Shown: positions 1-10,842 of the stretch, in pieces
Layout of the letters: each line of letters opens with the position of its first letter
How positions within the stretch are numbered: position 1 is the first letter of the stretch
DNA from: Bryobacterales bacterium
GTDB lineage: Bacteria > Acidobacteriota > Terriglobia > Bryobacterales > UBA6623
DNA length: 64,000 bases
Direction: 5' to 3'
Assembly: GCA_963422375.2 (NCBI GenBank)
Contig: OY729427.2
Span: 832,001-896,000, forward strand
Translations under genes and position numbers: made by a program
Notes under the pieces: model-generated
Told to the model about the DNA's origin: nothing
Databases searched by the model: none
The model's input: the letters and a program-made list of their open reading frames with translations, nothing else

Positions 1-1407
1 TTATCAATCCATAAATTAATTTGACATTTCTCTTGGATATCTGTTGAAATTCGGTGGAAGTTCTTGATAGAATGGTTCCGATATAGGAGGTCATAGTTGA
101 AGAATTTGAAGAAGAACTGTCCCGGAAATTGGTTTCGTAAAGGCATCACGTTGATTGAAGTGATCGCCATGTTCCCCGATGACGAATCCGCGGAAAAGTG
201 GTTCGTCTCCGTGCGCTGGCCGGACCGTCCGGCATGCCCCCGCTGCCGCGGCTCCAGCGTGCAGTCCGGCGCGGCCCACCCTTCGATGCCGTACCGTTGC
301 CGCGGTTGCGGCAAGCGCTTTTCCGTGCGCACCGGCAGCGTGACGGCCGACACCAAGCTCGGCCACCGCGTCCGGGCCATCGCCATGTTTCTGCTGACCA
401 CCGGCCTCAAGGGCGTCTCCAGCATGAAGCTGCACCGCGACCCGGGCATCAGCCGGAAGTCGGCCCGGCACCTGGCGCACCGCATCCGCGCGTGCCGGGA
501 GCGGGACCGGGACCTGTTCGTCGGCCCGGTGGAAGTGGACGAGACGTACGTCGGCGGCAAGGAGCGCAACAAGCACGAGAGCAAGAAGGCCCGCGCCGGG
601 CGCGGGCCGGCCGGCAAGACCCCCGTGGCGGGCGCGCGGGACCGCGCCACGAACGAAGTGGCCGCCCGGCCGCTGCCGGGCACGACCGAGGGCGACCTGC
701 AGGGCTTCGCGCGCGGCCGGGTCGCGCCGGGCGCGCAGGTCCGCTCCGACGAGGCGGCGGCCTGCGCCGGCATGGCGGAGTTCGCGCACGAGGGCGTCAA
801 GCACTCCGGCGGCGAGTACGTGCGCGGGGCGACGCATGCGAACGGCATCGAGTCGTTCCGGTCCCTGTTCAAGCGCGGCCTCTACGGAACCTATCAGCGG
901 ATGAGCGTCCAACATTCGGGCCGCTACCTCACGGAGTTCGCGGGACGGCGCAACGCCCGCAACTGCGACACGGCGGAACGGATGCGGCGCATGGCGCGGG
1001 GCCCGGTCGGCCGGACGCTGACCTACCGGCAACTGGTCGGCAAGGCCGCGGTCGCGGCCCGAGCACGGCCTGGCCGGTCCGCTGCGGCCTCTCTTCACGC
1101 TCGGTGCGAAGGGCGCTCCGGATCCGGAATCCCGCGCCGCGACCGGTGTCCAGTCCGGACAATTCATAGATGCAGCCGCCTTGGAAGGGGAGCCTCTCCA
1201 CGGCAATCCGGGTTCCACCGGGGCGCCCGAGGCGGCCTCTCCAGTCCGTGCGCCGCGAAATCCGCTGGCCGCCGCGATTCAGATACGAACCGACCTTTCG
1301 GTGCCCACCTCGGCTGCACACGAAAGACCCGAGCTAGACGCCGACGTCCCCAATCAGAGCAGTTCTAGCCGGATATGGCGTCGTCGGCACTCAGATATAT
1401 AATTCCC
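1..1407 (+). mobile_element. IS1595-family (ISXO2-like) element, copy 1; left end lies outside the window
   Basis: Transposase ORF from 97 has a Zn ribbon (CPRC..YRCRGC), VEVDETYVGG, SDE and ANGIESF motifs. Right TIR CACTCAGATATATAATTCCC ends at 1407. Near-identical to 32482-33887. Confidence 0.93.
97..1368 (+). pseudogene. Degenerate IS1595 transposase; reads through its expected end near 1045 into the element tail
   Basis: Family W/L positions are replaced by R/P (HRVRAI, HRDPG, SARHL, ESFRS, RGPVG). Confidence 0.75.
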
Positions 1408-1643
1408 CTTGTAAACGGCCGGCCTGCGGCGGCGCACTCGAGGGAGTGCCTCACCGTGCGCGACCCGTCGATGGCGGCGACGCCGCGCGCATCGAGCTGA
1501 AAGACGCGCTTCCGGCCGGTGGCCCGATCAAGGCCCGGGGCGGCCAGCACAGCCCCGCCCGGCTGCGGGTCGGGCAGACGAATCCCCTCATGGGCCCGCA
1601 GGTCTTTCGATCCCGCTCCTAGCTGAGCCCGCACTAGTGTACG

Positions 1644-3086
1644 ATGCAGCCGATGCTTCGACCCCTCGCACTGGCGACCTCGCTCCTGGTGGCAGCCCTG
1701 CCCGGCCTGTGCTCGCCCAACATCGTCTTCATGATGGCCGACGACCTCGGGTGGAACGACGTCGGCTACCACGGAAGCGACATCCGCACCCCGAACATCG
1801 ACTCAATCGCCGCGCGCGGCATGCAGCTCGACAGGTACTACGCGACGCCCCTCTGCAGTCCCACTCGGGCCGGCTTCCTGACTGGGAGGATTCCCCTCCG
1901 TCTCGGAGTGGACCGCCCCATCGAAATGCAAGGCGGCCTGCCGACCCGCGAGCGGCTGCTGCCGGAAGTGCTGCGGGAGGCCGGCTACCGGACCGCGATC
2001 GCGGGCAAGTGGCATCTCGGCTTGCACCATGTCCGCTACCATCCGCATAACCGGGGGTTCGAGAGCGCCTACGGGCACCTTGGCCCGGCAGTGGACTACT
2101 GGACCCACATCTTCGAGGGCGGTCTCGACTGGCACCGAGACGGCAAGGCCCTCGACGAGGACGGATACTCGACGGAGCTGATCGGCAAGGAAGCCGAGCG
2201 CGTGATCCGGGGTCGCGGCGACGGGAACCCGTTCTTCCTGTACGTCGCCTTCAATGCGCCCCACACCCCGCTGCAGGCACCCGAAGCCGCCGTTGAGCGC
2301 TACGGTGCGCTCCGCAATCCGAATCGACGCGTCTACGCAGCCGTGGTCAGCGAAATGGACCGGGCCGTGGGCGGAATCATCGAAGCGCTGGACGAGGAGG
2401 GCCTGCTCCCAAGCACCTTGGTCGTGTTTGCCAGCGACAACGGAGGAGCCGTTCGCATGGGCGCGGAGAACGCACCCCTCCGAGACGGAAAGGGGGGAGC
2501 CTTCGAGGGCGGGATTCGCGTGCCCGCGCTGGTCTGGATGCCGGACAGAATCGAAGGCGGCGGGACGTTTTCGCAGATGATGACGGTCACTGACTGGCTG
2601 CCGACTCTCGCAGCGGCGGCCGGAATCGAAGGCGGCGCGGACCAAGCGACCGACGGGATCGACATGTGGCCGGCACTCGCGGAAGGCGCGACGGCCGAGC
2701 GAACGGAGCCCTACGTTGTAGGAGTGTTCGGCAATTTCGCCGTGATCGACGGGGACTGGAAGTACGTCAAGGCCGTGCCCCGACGAGGCACCGAGGCGGC
2801 GGAGTATCTCTTCCGGCTCGACCTTGATCCGGAAGAATCCAACGACCTTGCGGCGTCCAGCCCGCAGAGGCTGGAAGCGATGCGGGCGCAGCTGGAAGCC
2901 TTCCCTCGAGCGCAAACCGTGTCTCCTGACGTGACCGGGCCCGGGGGCGGGGCCGGCGGCCCGGGGAGGCGGGGCCGGGCCAAGAGAAAGGCGGCCGGCG
3001 GTCCTCCGATCACGCGGGCGGGCGCGCTGGCGGGCTGGAAGGAGATCAACCGGCGGCCGTGGGTGGAGCTGGCGAGCAGGGACTAG
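1644..3086 (+). CDS. Secreted arylsulfatase (S1, formylglycine type); start may be 1653
   Basis: Signal peptide, PNIVFMMADDLG, CSPTRAGFLTGR, GKWHLG, SDNG. Confidence 0.93.
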   Translation: MQPMLRPLALATSLLVAALPGLCSPNIVFMMADDLGWNDVGYHGSDIRTPNIDSIAARGMQLDRYYATPLCSPTRAGFLTGRIPLRLGVDRPIEMQGGLPTRERLLPEVLREAGYRTAIAGKWHLGLHHVRYHPHNRGFESAYGHLGPAVDYWTHIFEGGLDWHRDGKALDEDGYSTELIGKEAERVIRGRGDGNPFFLYVAFNAPHTPLQAPEAAVERYGALRNPNRRVYAAVVSEMDRAVGGIIEALDEEGLLPSTLVVFASDNGGAVRMGAENAPLRDGKGGAFEGGIRVPALVWMPDRIEGGGTFSQMMTVTDWLPTLAAAAGIEGGADQATDGIDMWPALAEGATAERTEPYVVGVFGNFAVIDGDWKYVKAVPRRGTEAAEYLFRLDLDPEESNDLAASSPQRLEAMRAQLEAFPRAQTVSPDVTGPGGGAGGPGRRGRAKRKAAGGPPITRAGALAGWKEINRRPWVELASRD

Positions 3087-3884
3087 CTCGCCCGGCCGAC
3101 GCCGCTTTCCGCGAGCAGCGACGGCAGGTCGCGAACGGAGTCCAGCACCCAGTGCGGGCGGTCTGGGGAGTCGAGATCGGCCGACCGGAACTTCCCCGTG
3201 CGCACGAGCGCGGAGCGAAGGCCTGCCCGCTGCGTGCCCAACGCGTCGGCTCGCAGGTCGTCGCCGACCATCAGCAGATCGCCGGGGGCGACGCCCAGAA
3301 TCTGCGACGCCTGCACGAAGAAATCCCTGGCCGGCTTGCCCAGCACTACCGCACGGCGGCCCGCGGCGCACTCCAAGGCAGCCACGAACGGCGCGACGTC
3401 CGGGTTAGCACTGTCAGGCGACTGCCAGTACCGGGTCATCCCCAGCGCCACCAGCTCGCGCCGCGGGCATTCGTGCAGAAGGCGGAAGGCGCGGTTGAGC
3501 GTCGCGTAGTTCCAGGCCGCGCCGAGATCCCCGATGACCACGTAGGCCAAGTCCGCCGGGGCGGTGGCATCAACGGTCTCCAGTCCGCGGAATTCCTCGC
3601 GCGTCGCATCCGGCACAAACAGCGCGGCGAGGCCGGCTCCGCGGCTCCGGATTCGAGCCGCCGCGGCGACCGGCGGCGTCAGCAAGTCTTCCGTCCCGGC
3701 AGGAATGCCGAACCGGGCCAGCTTCGCAACCAGCGCCCGCCTCGGTCGGCGAGGTCGCGTTCGTGACGAATAGCGACGGGATGCCGGCCTCTCGCACCGC
3801 TGCGACGGCGTCGGCGGCACCCGCAATCGGCTCCTCGCCGTTGTAGATCATGCCGTCCAAGTCGATCAGAACGCCGCGGAGCAT
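3083..3884 (-). pseudogene. HAD-IIA hydrolase (LHPP/HDHD2-like) with a +1 frameshift near 3748
   Basis: DLDG and FVTN motifs are in one frame; GKP and MVGDD..D motifs are in another. Removing one C (ACC TCG c CGA CCG) joins them. Confidence 0.8.
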
Positions 3885-3906
3885 GCCTCACAGTCTACTG
3901 GCCGCG

Positions 3907-4741
3907 TCAACAGTCGTTGCTGAGCTTGCGGACCGGCCGCGCGGACTTGCGATGGCAGGCGTTGCGCTTGGACACGCGCCGCTTACGGCGCACCTCGCCG
4001 CGCGCCCGCACCCGCTTCTTGCGCGTCCTGCCGCCCTTCTTCGGGCGGTCGACGGCACGACTGCCCTCGCGGGTCGCCTTGCGATGCTGCGTATCGCCAA
4101 CGCGTCGGATACGCTCGCCATCGCTGGTTGCGACTTGATCCGCGACGCGCGGGTCGATGCCCGCGACGGACGCGGACGGCGGCAGAGGCAGCTTGCGGAC
4201 GCCGTGGAGCACCATGTCCACGTTGATCCCTGCGTCCGTGCGGGTGATGCGGACGAGCTGCGGCTCGAGGCTCGGCAAGCCGCGCCGCGGCTTGATCTTG
4301 ATCTGAGGCAGGCCCTCGATGCGCGGGACGTACCAGCCGCCGCCGCGCCTCCAGAGCCGTGGCCGGCGCTAGCACTCGATCGTGCGGAACCTGCTAGCGG
4401 GCTTGCACCGCGGGTAGCCCGGCTGCTCGCCGGCCCTGCACCGCCGGAAGAACGCCTTGAATGCCTAGTCCACCCGCGAGAGCGTGGCATCGATCACCTT
4501 CGCGTAGTCACCGCCAAGCATCGCCGGCTCCGCCTTGCGGAGTTCCGGCAGCCGGCTGCGCTGGTCGAAGTACGAGACGTTGCGCTTGGCTTAGTCCCAG
4601 GCCTTCTCGCGCTCCTCCAGCGCCTTGGCGCAAAGCCAGCAGAGCCAGCCCAGCACGGCGCCGATCCGGGCAAAGCAGGATTCCGGCAGTGCCCGCGCTC
4701 TTGGCAGGTGACTGTAGCGACCGCTGGATTGAGTCAATCAC
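3907..4741 (-). pseudogene. tnpB: TnpB (IS200/IS605 RNA-guided nuclease) relic, C-terminally truncated
   Basis: Manual translation gives ALEEREKAWD*..SYFDQ..LSRVD*AFKAFFRRCRAGEQPGYPR..VAGIDP (RuvC-I like)..KKGGRTRKKRV..NACHR. Three in-frame stops; no RuvC-II or Zn finger. Confidence 0.8.
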
Positions 4742-5141
4742 GCCAAGACTTCAGCGTGAACCTGAATCACAGATTTCGTGCGGTGACACCCCTAATTCCG
4801 AACGAACCTGATCCCCCCGAGAAACTGGCTTGATTGCCCAGCCGAGGGCGCACGGCCGGGGAGGTGGCAGGTGAGCTGGACGGCCACCCCGCGGGGGCCG
4901 TGGCATCATCCTTGCGACTGGCCGTCATCCGCGGTGGGCGCCTTGGCCTGGCAGTGCCCGCTCCGCTCCGGTTGCCATTTTATTCGAAATTGATTGGTTG
5001 TTTCGAGCAATATGCTAGATGTCTTCGGGCTTCTGGGTCGGAGATCATGAAAATGCTAGGCGAGATCTATTATGCGATTAGTGTTAGTAACGTAGGATAG
5101 AGCTAAGTAACAATTCGTACTTAAGGCTCTTGAAACTCTCC

Positions 5142-5970
5142 ATGTCGAAGAACAAGATCTAGTTCCAGAAGGGTCTCAGCTTGGGCGACTTCCTCGCCGA
5201 CTTCGGGAGCGAGGAGCGGTGCGAGCAGGCCCTGTTCGCCATCCGCCGGCCCGAGGGCCGCGCCCGGTGGCAGCGCAACGGCTGCAAGCGCCAGGTCTCG
5301 CTGCTGGCGGGCGCGATCTTCCAGAGCACCAAGCTGCCGCCGACCACCTGGTTCCTCGCCATGTATCTGCTCTCGGAGACCGGGAACGGCATCTCGGCGC
5401 TCGAACCGGGGCTCCTGCGGGCGTGAACAGCAGCACGGACTGGAGGCTCCAGCACAAGCTCCTGCCGGATCGCGAGGGCGATCGCCTCTTGAAGGGCTTC
5501 GTGCATGTCGGCGGCGAGCGCGGTCGCGGGGCGGAAGGCAAGACCCGGCTGGTGGCGGCGGAGCAGGTGACGGACCAGGACGAGCGGCAGCCGGTGGTGC
5601 TCAAGCCGAGCGTGCTGGAGGGCTTCCGCAAGGAGGAGCTGGAGCGCTGGGCGCGGGAGCACCTGGCGCCGGGCACGACGGTGCAGTCGGACGGGCCGGG
5701 CTGCTTCGCGGGCGTCGAAGCGGCCGGCTGCGAGCACGAGGCCACGGTCACGGACGGGGGCAAGCGCGACTGCGCGCTGCCGCAGCTGCCGTGGGTAAAC
5801 ACGGTGCCGGGCAACGTCAAGCGTTCCATTGACTGGACCTACCACGCGGTCGGGCCGAAGTACGCGGGGCGCTACCTGGCGGACTTCCTGCACCGCCTCA
5901 ACCGGCGCGACGACCTGAAGGCGATCGCGGGCCGGCTGCTGCGGGCGGCCGCCGATGCCGTACTCAATGC
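5142..5970 (+). pseudogene. Second, divergent IS1595-family transposase relic with internal deletions
   Basis: MSKNKI*FQKGLSL..EERCEQALF, IFQSTKLP..WFLAMY..NGISALE, SDG.GCF, WVNTVPGNVKRS..YH..RYLADF..NRR. Confidence 0.85.
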
Positions 5971-6362
5971 GGACCGGAGGTCCGTTCTGCGGGCGCTAGG
6001 TCGCGGAGGCAGCGCCCCGGCCCTCGGCGGCGCCCGAGCGCGGAGGGCCGCGCCAGGATCCACGGACGGACCGCCCGGGGGCGGCGCTGCGGGTCGGGCC
6101 CGAATGGGGCCCGTGCGCGGACGACGCCTTGGATTCCACGGGATCCGGCTGGCCGAGCAGCCGCCCGACGAACGGCTAAGGGCTCCTCGCGTGCCCGAGT
6201 GCCGCCCCTCAAGTCGGCCCGTTTGTCTAGATTGTTCGGTCGGATGGGGCTAGTCGGGAAGTACGATGACATTTGACGCGTTCTGTAGAACGCGCGCGGC
6301 CGGCCGTGGCGACCCGGACCCGCTGATACACTGGTCGCTGCGACCTTGGACCGCGCCTGCTG

Positions 6363-8042
6363 ATGCCGCACCCACTGAAACACGCCAGCGCGACGATTAC
6401 CGACGGACGCGACAGGGCCCCCGCCCGGTCGATGTTCAAGGCCATCGGATTCAGCGACGCCGACCTCGCCAAGCCCATCATCGGCATCGCGAACACCTGG
6501 ATCGAGACGATGCCCTGCAACTTCACCCTGCGGGACCTAGCCGTCAAGGTCAAGGAAGGCGTGCGCGCCGCCGGCGGCACGCCGATGGAGTTCAACACGA
6601 TCGCCGTGAGCGACGGGATCACCATGGGCACCGAGGGCATGAAGGGATCCCTAGTAAGTCGCGAGATCATCGCCGACTCGATCGAGCTCGCGGCTCGCAG
6701 CTACATGTTTGACGGGCTGGTCGCTCTGGTCGCCTGCGACAAGACTATTCCGGGCGGCGCCATGGGCCTGGCGCGGGTCAACGTGCCATCGGTCCTGCTG
6801 TACGGCGGCTCGATCCTGCCGGGCCAGGTCAACGGCGTGGACATTACGATCCAGGACGTGTTCGAGGCGGTCGGAGCGCACGCCGCGGGCAAGATCAGCG
6901 ACGAGGAGTTGCTCGCGATTGAGGACAATGCCTGCCCGGGCGCCGGGGCCTGCGGGGGCCAGTACACCGCCAACACCATGGCCACCGCGATGGAAGTCAT
7001 CGGCATCTCGCCCATGGGCACGGCCAGCATCCCGGCCGTCGATCCGCGCAAGGACGATGCCGCGTACCGCGCGGGATTCGTGCTGATGGAGGCGCTCAAG
7101 GCGGACCGCCGCCCGTGCGACATCATGAATCGCAGGGCGTTCGAGAGCGCAGTCGCCAGCGTCGCCGCCACCGGCGGCTCGACCAACGCCGTGCTGCACC
7201 TGCTCGCCCTGGCCAGGGACTGCGGCGTCGATCTCACCATCGACGACTTCGACGCGATCAGCGAGCGCACTCCCCTGCTAGTTGATCTCAAGCCCGGCGG
7301 CAGGTACGTCGCGGCCGACGTCGACAAGGCCGGCGGCATCCAGCTGATCGCCCGGCGCCTGGTCGAGGGCGGCTACGCCGACGGATCGCAGATGACCGTG
7401 ACCGGAGCGTCCCTCGCCGAGGCTAGCGCGACCGCCACCGAGACACCGGGGCAGGACGTGATCCGATCGGTCGGCAACCCGATCAAGCCCACCGGGGGGC
7501 TCGTCATTCTCAAGGGCAACCTCGCGCCCGAGGGGGGCGTCGTCAAGGTCGCCGGATCCGGTCACCTGCGGCACCGGGGCCCGGCAAGAGTCTTCGAGAA
7601 CGAGGAATCGGCCATGCAGGCGGTCACGGGCGGCGCGATCGCCGACGGCGACGTGCTGGTCGTCCGCTACGAGGGCCCGGCGGGCGGGCCCGGCATGCGC
7701 GAAATGCTCGGCGTCACGGCTGCCATCGTCGGGGCCGGGCTCGGAGAGACGGTAGCGCTGCTCACCGACGGGCGCTTCAGCGGCGCGACACGTGGGCTGA
7801 TGGTCGGGCACGTCGCACCGGAAGCCGCCAGGCGCGGGCCGATCGCGGCCGTCCGGGACGGCGACTTCGTGGTGATCGACTGCGCCGAGCGGAGGCTTGA
7901 CCTAGAAGTGCCAGACGAGGAGATCGAGCGCCGCCTGAACGCCCTCGAGCCGCCTCCCGCGCGCTACGCCTCCGGCGTCTTCGCCAAGTACGCGCTGCTC
8001 GTGTCGTCCTCGTCCCGGGGCGCGGTCACGCATCCGGAGTGA
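6363..8042 (+). CDS. ilvD: Dihydroxy-acid dehydratase
   Basis: [46 protein letters not shown]. Confidence 0.97.
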   Translation: MPHPLKHASATITDGRDRAPARSMFKAIGFSDADLAKPIIGIANTWIETMPCNFTLRDLAVKVKEGVRAAGGTPMEFNTIAVSDGITMGTEGMKGSLVSREIIADSIELAARSYMFDGLVALVACDKTIPGGAMGLARVNVPSVLLYGGSILPGQVNGVDITIQDVFEAVGAHAAGKISDEELLAIEDNACPGAGACGGQYTANTMATAMEVIGISPMGTASIPAVDPRKDDAAYRAGFVLMEALKADRRPCDIMNRRAFESAVASVAATGGSTNAVLHLLALARDCGVDLTIDDFDAISERTPLLVDLKPGGRYVAADVDKAGGIQLIARRLVEGGYADGSQMTVTGASLAEASATATETPGQDVIRSVGNPIKPTGGLVILKGNLAPEGGVVKVAGSGHLRHRGPARVFENEESAMQAVTGGAIADGDVLVVRYEGPAGGPGMREMLGVTAAIVGAGLGETVALLTDGRFSGATRGLMVGHVAPEAARRGPIAAVRDGDFVVIDCAERRLDLEVPDEEIERRLNALEPPPARYASGVFAKYALLVSSSSRGAVTHPE

Positions 8043-9366
8043 GCCCGGAAGCGACCGCTCCGTCGTGGCGGTCGAGGATCTCCCGAATCCCGGCGCGGTC
8101 GGGCGCTGCCGTGACCGGCGCGTTGCCGAACGAGGGGCGAATCGGGTCACCTGAAGGCGTCTCCAATCGGCCCGCATGGTAGCGGTAGACGAAGTCCGGG
8201 TCCTTCAGCAGGTGACCGGTCAGGATCCCTACTACGTCGGCCGCGGGCTCGATAACGCCCGCACGCACGAGCTTGCGGATTCCCGCCAAGGTGGCGGCCG
8301 ATGCGGGCTCGCAGCCGATGCCGCAGCGGCCGACGATCGCCTTCGCGTCGGCTATCTCCTGCTCGGTCACGGACTCTACGACACCACCCGCCGATCCGAC
8401 CTCGAATGCGGCCTTCCGCCACGAAACCGGGTCACCGATGCGAATCGCCGTCGCCAGAGTCTCGGGCTCGCGCACCGGGCGCAAGTCCCCGCCGTCCCGG
8501 AACTGCGCAAAGAACGGAGCCGAATTCGCGGCCTGAATCACGGCGATGCGAGGCATGGCGGGGACGATTCCGATCTCGCGCAACTCACGCAGCCCCTTTC
8601 CGAGGGCGCTGACGTTGCCTAGGTTCCCCCCGGGCAGGACGATCCAGTCGGGGACGCGCCAGGCCCGTTGCTCGAGCAGCTCGACACCGATCGACTTCTG
8701 CCCCTCGATCCGGAACGGGTTGATGGAATTCAGCAGGTAGATTCCGAGTTCCTGGGCCAGGTCCCGCACCAAGGCCAGTATGCGGTCGAAATTGGCCTCC
8801 ACCTGAATGGTGAGCGCGCCGTACTCGAGGGCCTGGGCGAGCTTGCCGTAGGCGATCTTGCCGGCAGGTAGGAAGACCGCCGCCTGCATGCCGGCGGCCG
8901 CGGCATACGCGGCCATGGACGCGGACGTGTTGCCCGTAGAGACGCAGGCGACCCGGCGCATGCCGAGAATCGCCGCCTGCGTGACCCCGGCCGTCATGCC
9001 GTTGTCCTTGAAGGATCCGGTCGGATTGTAGCCCTGGTGCTTGAACTGCAGCCGCTCGAGGCCGGCGTGCGAGGCGGCTGCGGGGGCCTCGAATAGGGGC
9101 GTGTTCCCTTCGGGCAGGGAGACGATGCGACCGATGTCGGTCACGAACGGCAGCATCTCGCGGAAGCGCCATACGCCGCTGACGTCGACCCTAGCGAGGC
9201 TGAGCTTGCGCAGCTGCCATGTCGACCGCAGCCGGTCCGGGTCGGCACCAGGGAAGGAGTTGGCGACCTCGAGCAGGCTGCCGCACGCGCCGCAGGTGTA
9301 GACGACCTCGCCAAGTCCGTAGCGCCTGCCGCAGTTCCGGTCGAAGCAGGCCAGCTGGGAGGCCAT
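8026..9366 (-). CDS. thrC: Threonine synthase
   Basis: N-terminal Zn ribbon, [13 protein letters not shown] (PLP Lys), STGNT, PGGNLGN, CEPASA, TGHLLKD. Confidence 0.93.
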   Translation of the reverse strand: MASQLACFDRNCGRRYGLGEVVYTCGACGSLLEVANSFPGADPDRLRSTWQLRKLSLARVDVSGVWRFREMLPFVTDIGRIVSLPEGNTPLFEAPAAASHAGLERLQFKHQGYNPTGSFKDNGMTAGVTQAAILGMRRVACVSTGNTSASMAAYAAAAGMQAAVFLPAGKIAYGKLAQALEYGALTIQVEANFDRILALVRDLAQELGIYLLNSINPFRIEGQKSIGVELLEQRAWRVPDWIVLPGGNLGNVSALGKGLRELREIGIVPAMPRIAVIQAANSAPFFAQFRDGGDLRPVREPETLATAIRIGDPVSWRKAAFEVGSAGGVVESVTEQEIADAKAIVGRCGIGCEPASAATLAGIRKLVRAGVIEPAADVVGILTGHLLKDPDFVYRYHAGRLETPSGDPIRPSFGNAPVTAAPDRAGIREILDRHDGAVASGLTPDA

Positions 9367-9477
9367 CGCGGGCAAGGCTCATCCTACCAACGAGGCCCAC
9401 GGCCCGATTCCCGTGCGGCGAGCGGCGCGAGCCGGCGACTTGCCCCGATGGCCGTCGCTGCGACAGAATCTTGAGAA

Positions 9478-10842
9478 ATGCCTCGCACCTGCCTCGCCCT
9501 GTCCGTCCTCTCGCTGGCCCTCGCGCCGATGGCGCGGGCCCAGCCGAACATCTTGCTCGTGCTGGCAGACGACCTGAGCTGGGTGGGCACCTCGGTCGCA
9601 ATGGATCCGGACCGGCCCGACTCGAAATCCGACTACCACAGCACGCCCGCGCTGGAACGCCTCGCTCGGGAGGGCATGCGCTTCACGGACGCCTACGCGC
9701 CCCATCCCAACTGCTCGCCGACCCGCCTCGCGATCCAGACCGGAAAGTCCCCGGCGCAGCTCAACATGACGGACATCATCAACCGCAACAGCGGTCCGTT
9801 CTACGAGGGCCTCCCCCTCATCCCGCCGCAGCACAGGAACCATATCCCGCACGAGGAAGTCACGATCGCGGAATTTCTGAAGCAGCACCGACCGGGCTAC
9901 GTGACGGCGCACTTCGGAAAGTGGCACCTCGGCGGGGGCGGCCCGGGCCGGCACGGGTACGACGACCACAGCGGCCCGACCTCCAACCGCGAGGGCGGAT
10001 CCGGCTCCCCCGACCCGAAGCGCACGGTCAGCGTGACGACCCGCGCGGAGGATTTCCTGCGGCACCGCAAGGATGCGGGCGAGCCGTTCTTCCTGCAGGT
10101 CTCCTACTACGCCGTCCACCTCGGGATCCGCGCGTTCGACGAGACGATCCGGGAATTCGAGGCGAAGACCCGGGGCGCGAGGCACAAGCATCCGGGCCAC
10201 GCGGCCATGACTCACGAGCTGGACGAGGGCGTCGGCCGGCTCCTCGACGCCCTCGACCGCTTGGGACTGAATGAGAGCACGTACGTGATCTTCACCTCGG
10301 ACAACGGGTCCTACCATGACCAAGGGCGCAGCGAGGTGTGCAGCAACGCGCCGCTACGGGGCCAGAAGGCGTCCACCTGGGAGGGCGGCATCCGCGTGCC
10401 GCTCATCGTCCGCGGGCCGGGCATCGCAGCCGGGGGCGCCTCCCGGGTCGCGGTGACCGGCACGGACCTCTATCCCACGATCGCCGCGATGGCTCGCATA
10501 CAGGCCGAGCTGCCTCCGTCGATCGAGGGCGGCAGCCTGCTGGACGTGCTCCATGCGGGCGGCTCCGGCAGCGTGCGACGCCGCTTCGACAGTCTCGTCT
10601 GGCATTTCCCCCACTACCAGACGCTGAAGGGCACGACGCCGATGTCTTCGATCCGGGAAGGGAAATGGAAACTGGTGCGGCTGTACGAGACCGGCGCGAC
10701 GCACCTTGTCGACCTGTCCAAGGACCTTGGGGAAACAGAAGACCTGAGCGCCTCCGAGCCGGCCGTCGCGCAGCGTCTCGAGGACCGGCTGGCCAGCTAC
10801 CTCCAGGCGATCAACGCGCCGATGGCGCGACCGCGACAGTGA
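9478..10842 (+). CDS. Secreted sulfatase (S1)
   Basis: Signal peptide, PNILLVLADDL, CSPTRLAIQTG, GKWHLG, TSDNG, EGGIRVP. Confidence 0.93.
   Translation: MPRTCLALSVLSLALAPMARAQPNILLVLADDLSWVGTSVAMDPDRPDSKSDYHSTPALERLAREGMRFTDAYAPHPNCSPTRLAIQTGKSPAQLNMTDIINRNSGPFYEGLPLIPPQHRNHIPHEEVTIAEFLKQHRPGYVTAHFGKWHLGGGGPGRHGYDDHSGPTSNREGGSGSPDPKRTVSVTTRAEDFLRHRKDAGEPFFLQVSYYAVHLGIRAFDETIREFEAKTRGARHKHPGHAAMTHELDEGVGRLLDALDRLGLNESTYVIFTSDNGSYHDQGRSEVCSNAPLRGQKASTWEGGIRVPLIVRGPGIAAGGASRVAVTGTDLYPTIAAMARIQAELPPSIEGGSLLDVLHAGGSGSVRRRFDSLVWHFPHYQTLKGTTPMSSIREGKWKLVRLYETGATHLVDLSKDLGETEDLSASEPAVAQRLEDRLASYLQAINAPMARPRQ

Noticed and set aside
4807..6258. Terminal repeats for the second IS1595 relic
   Set aside because: Candidate ends (CCTGATCCCCC / GGGGCTAGTCGGG) match too poorly and no TSD was found.
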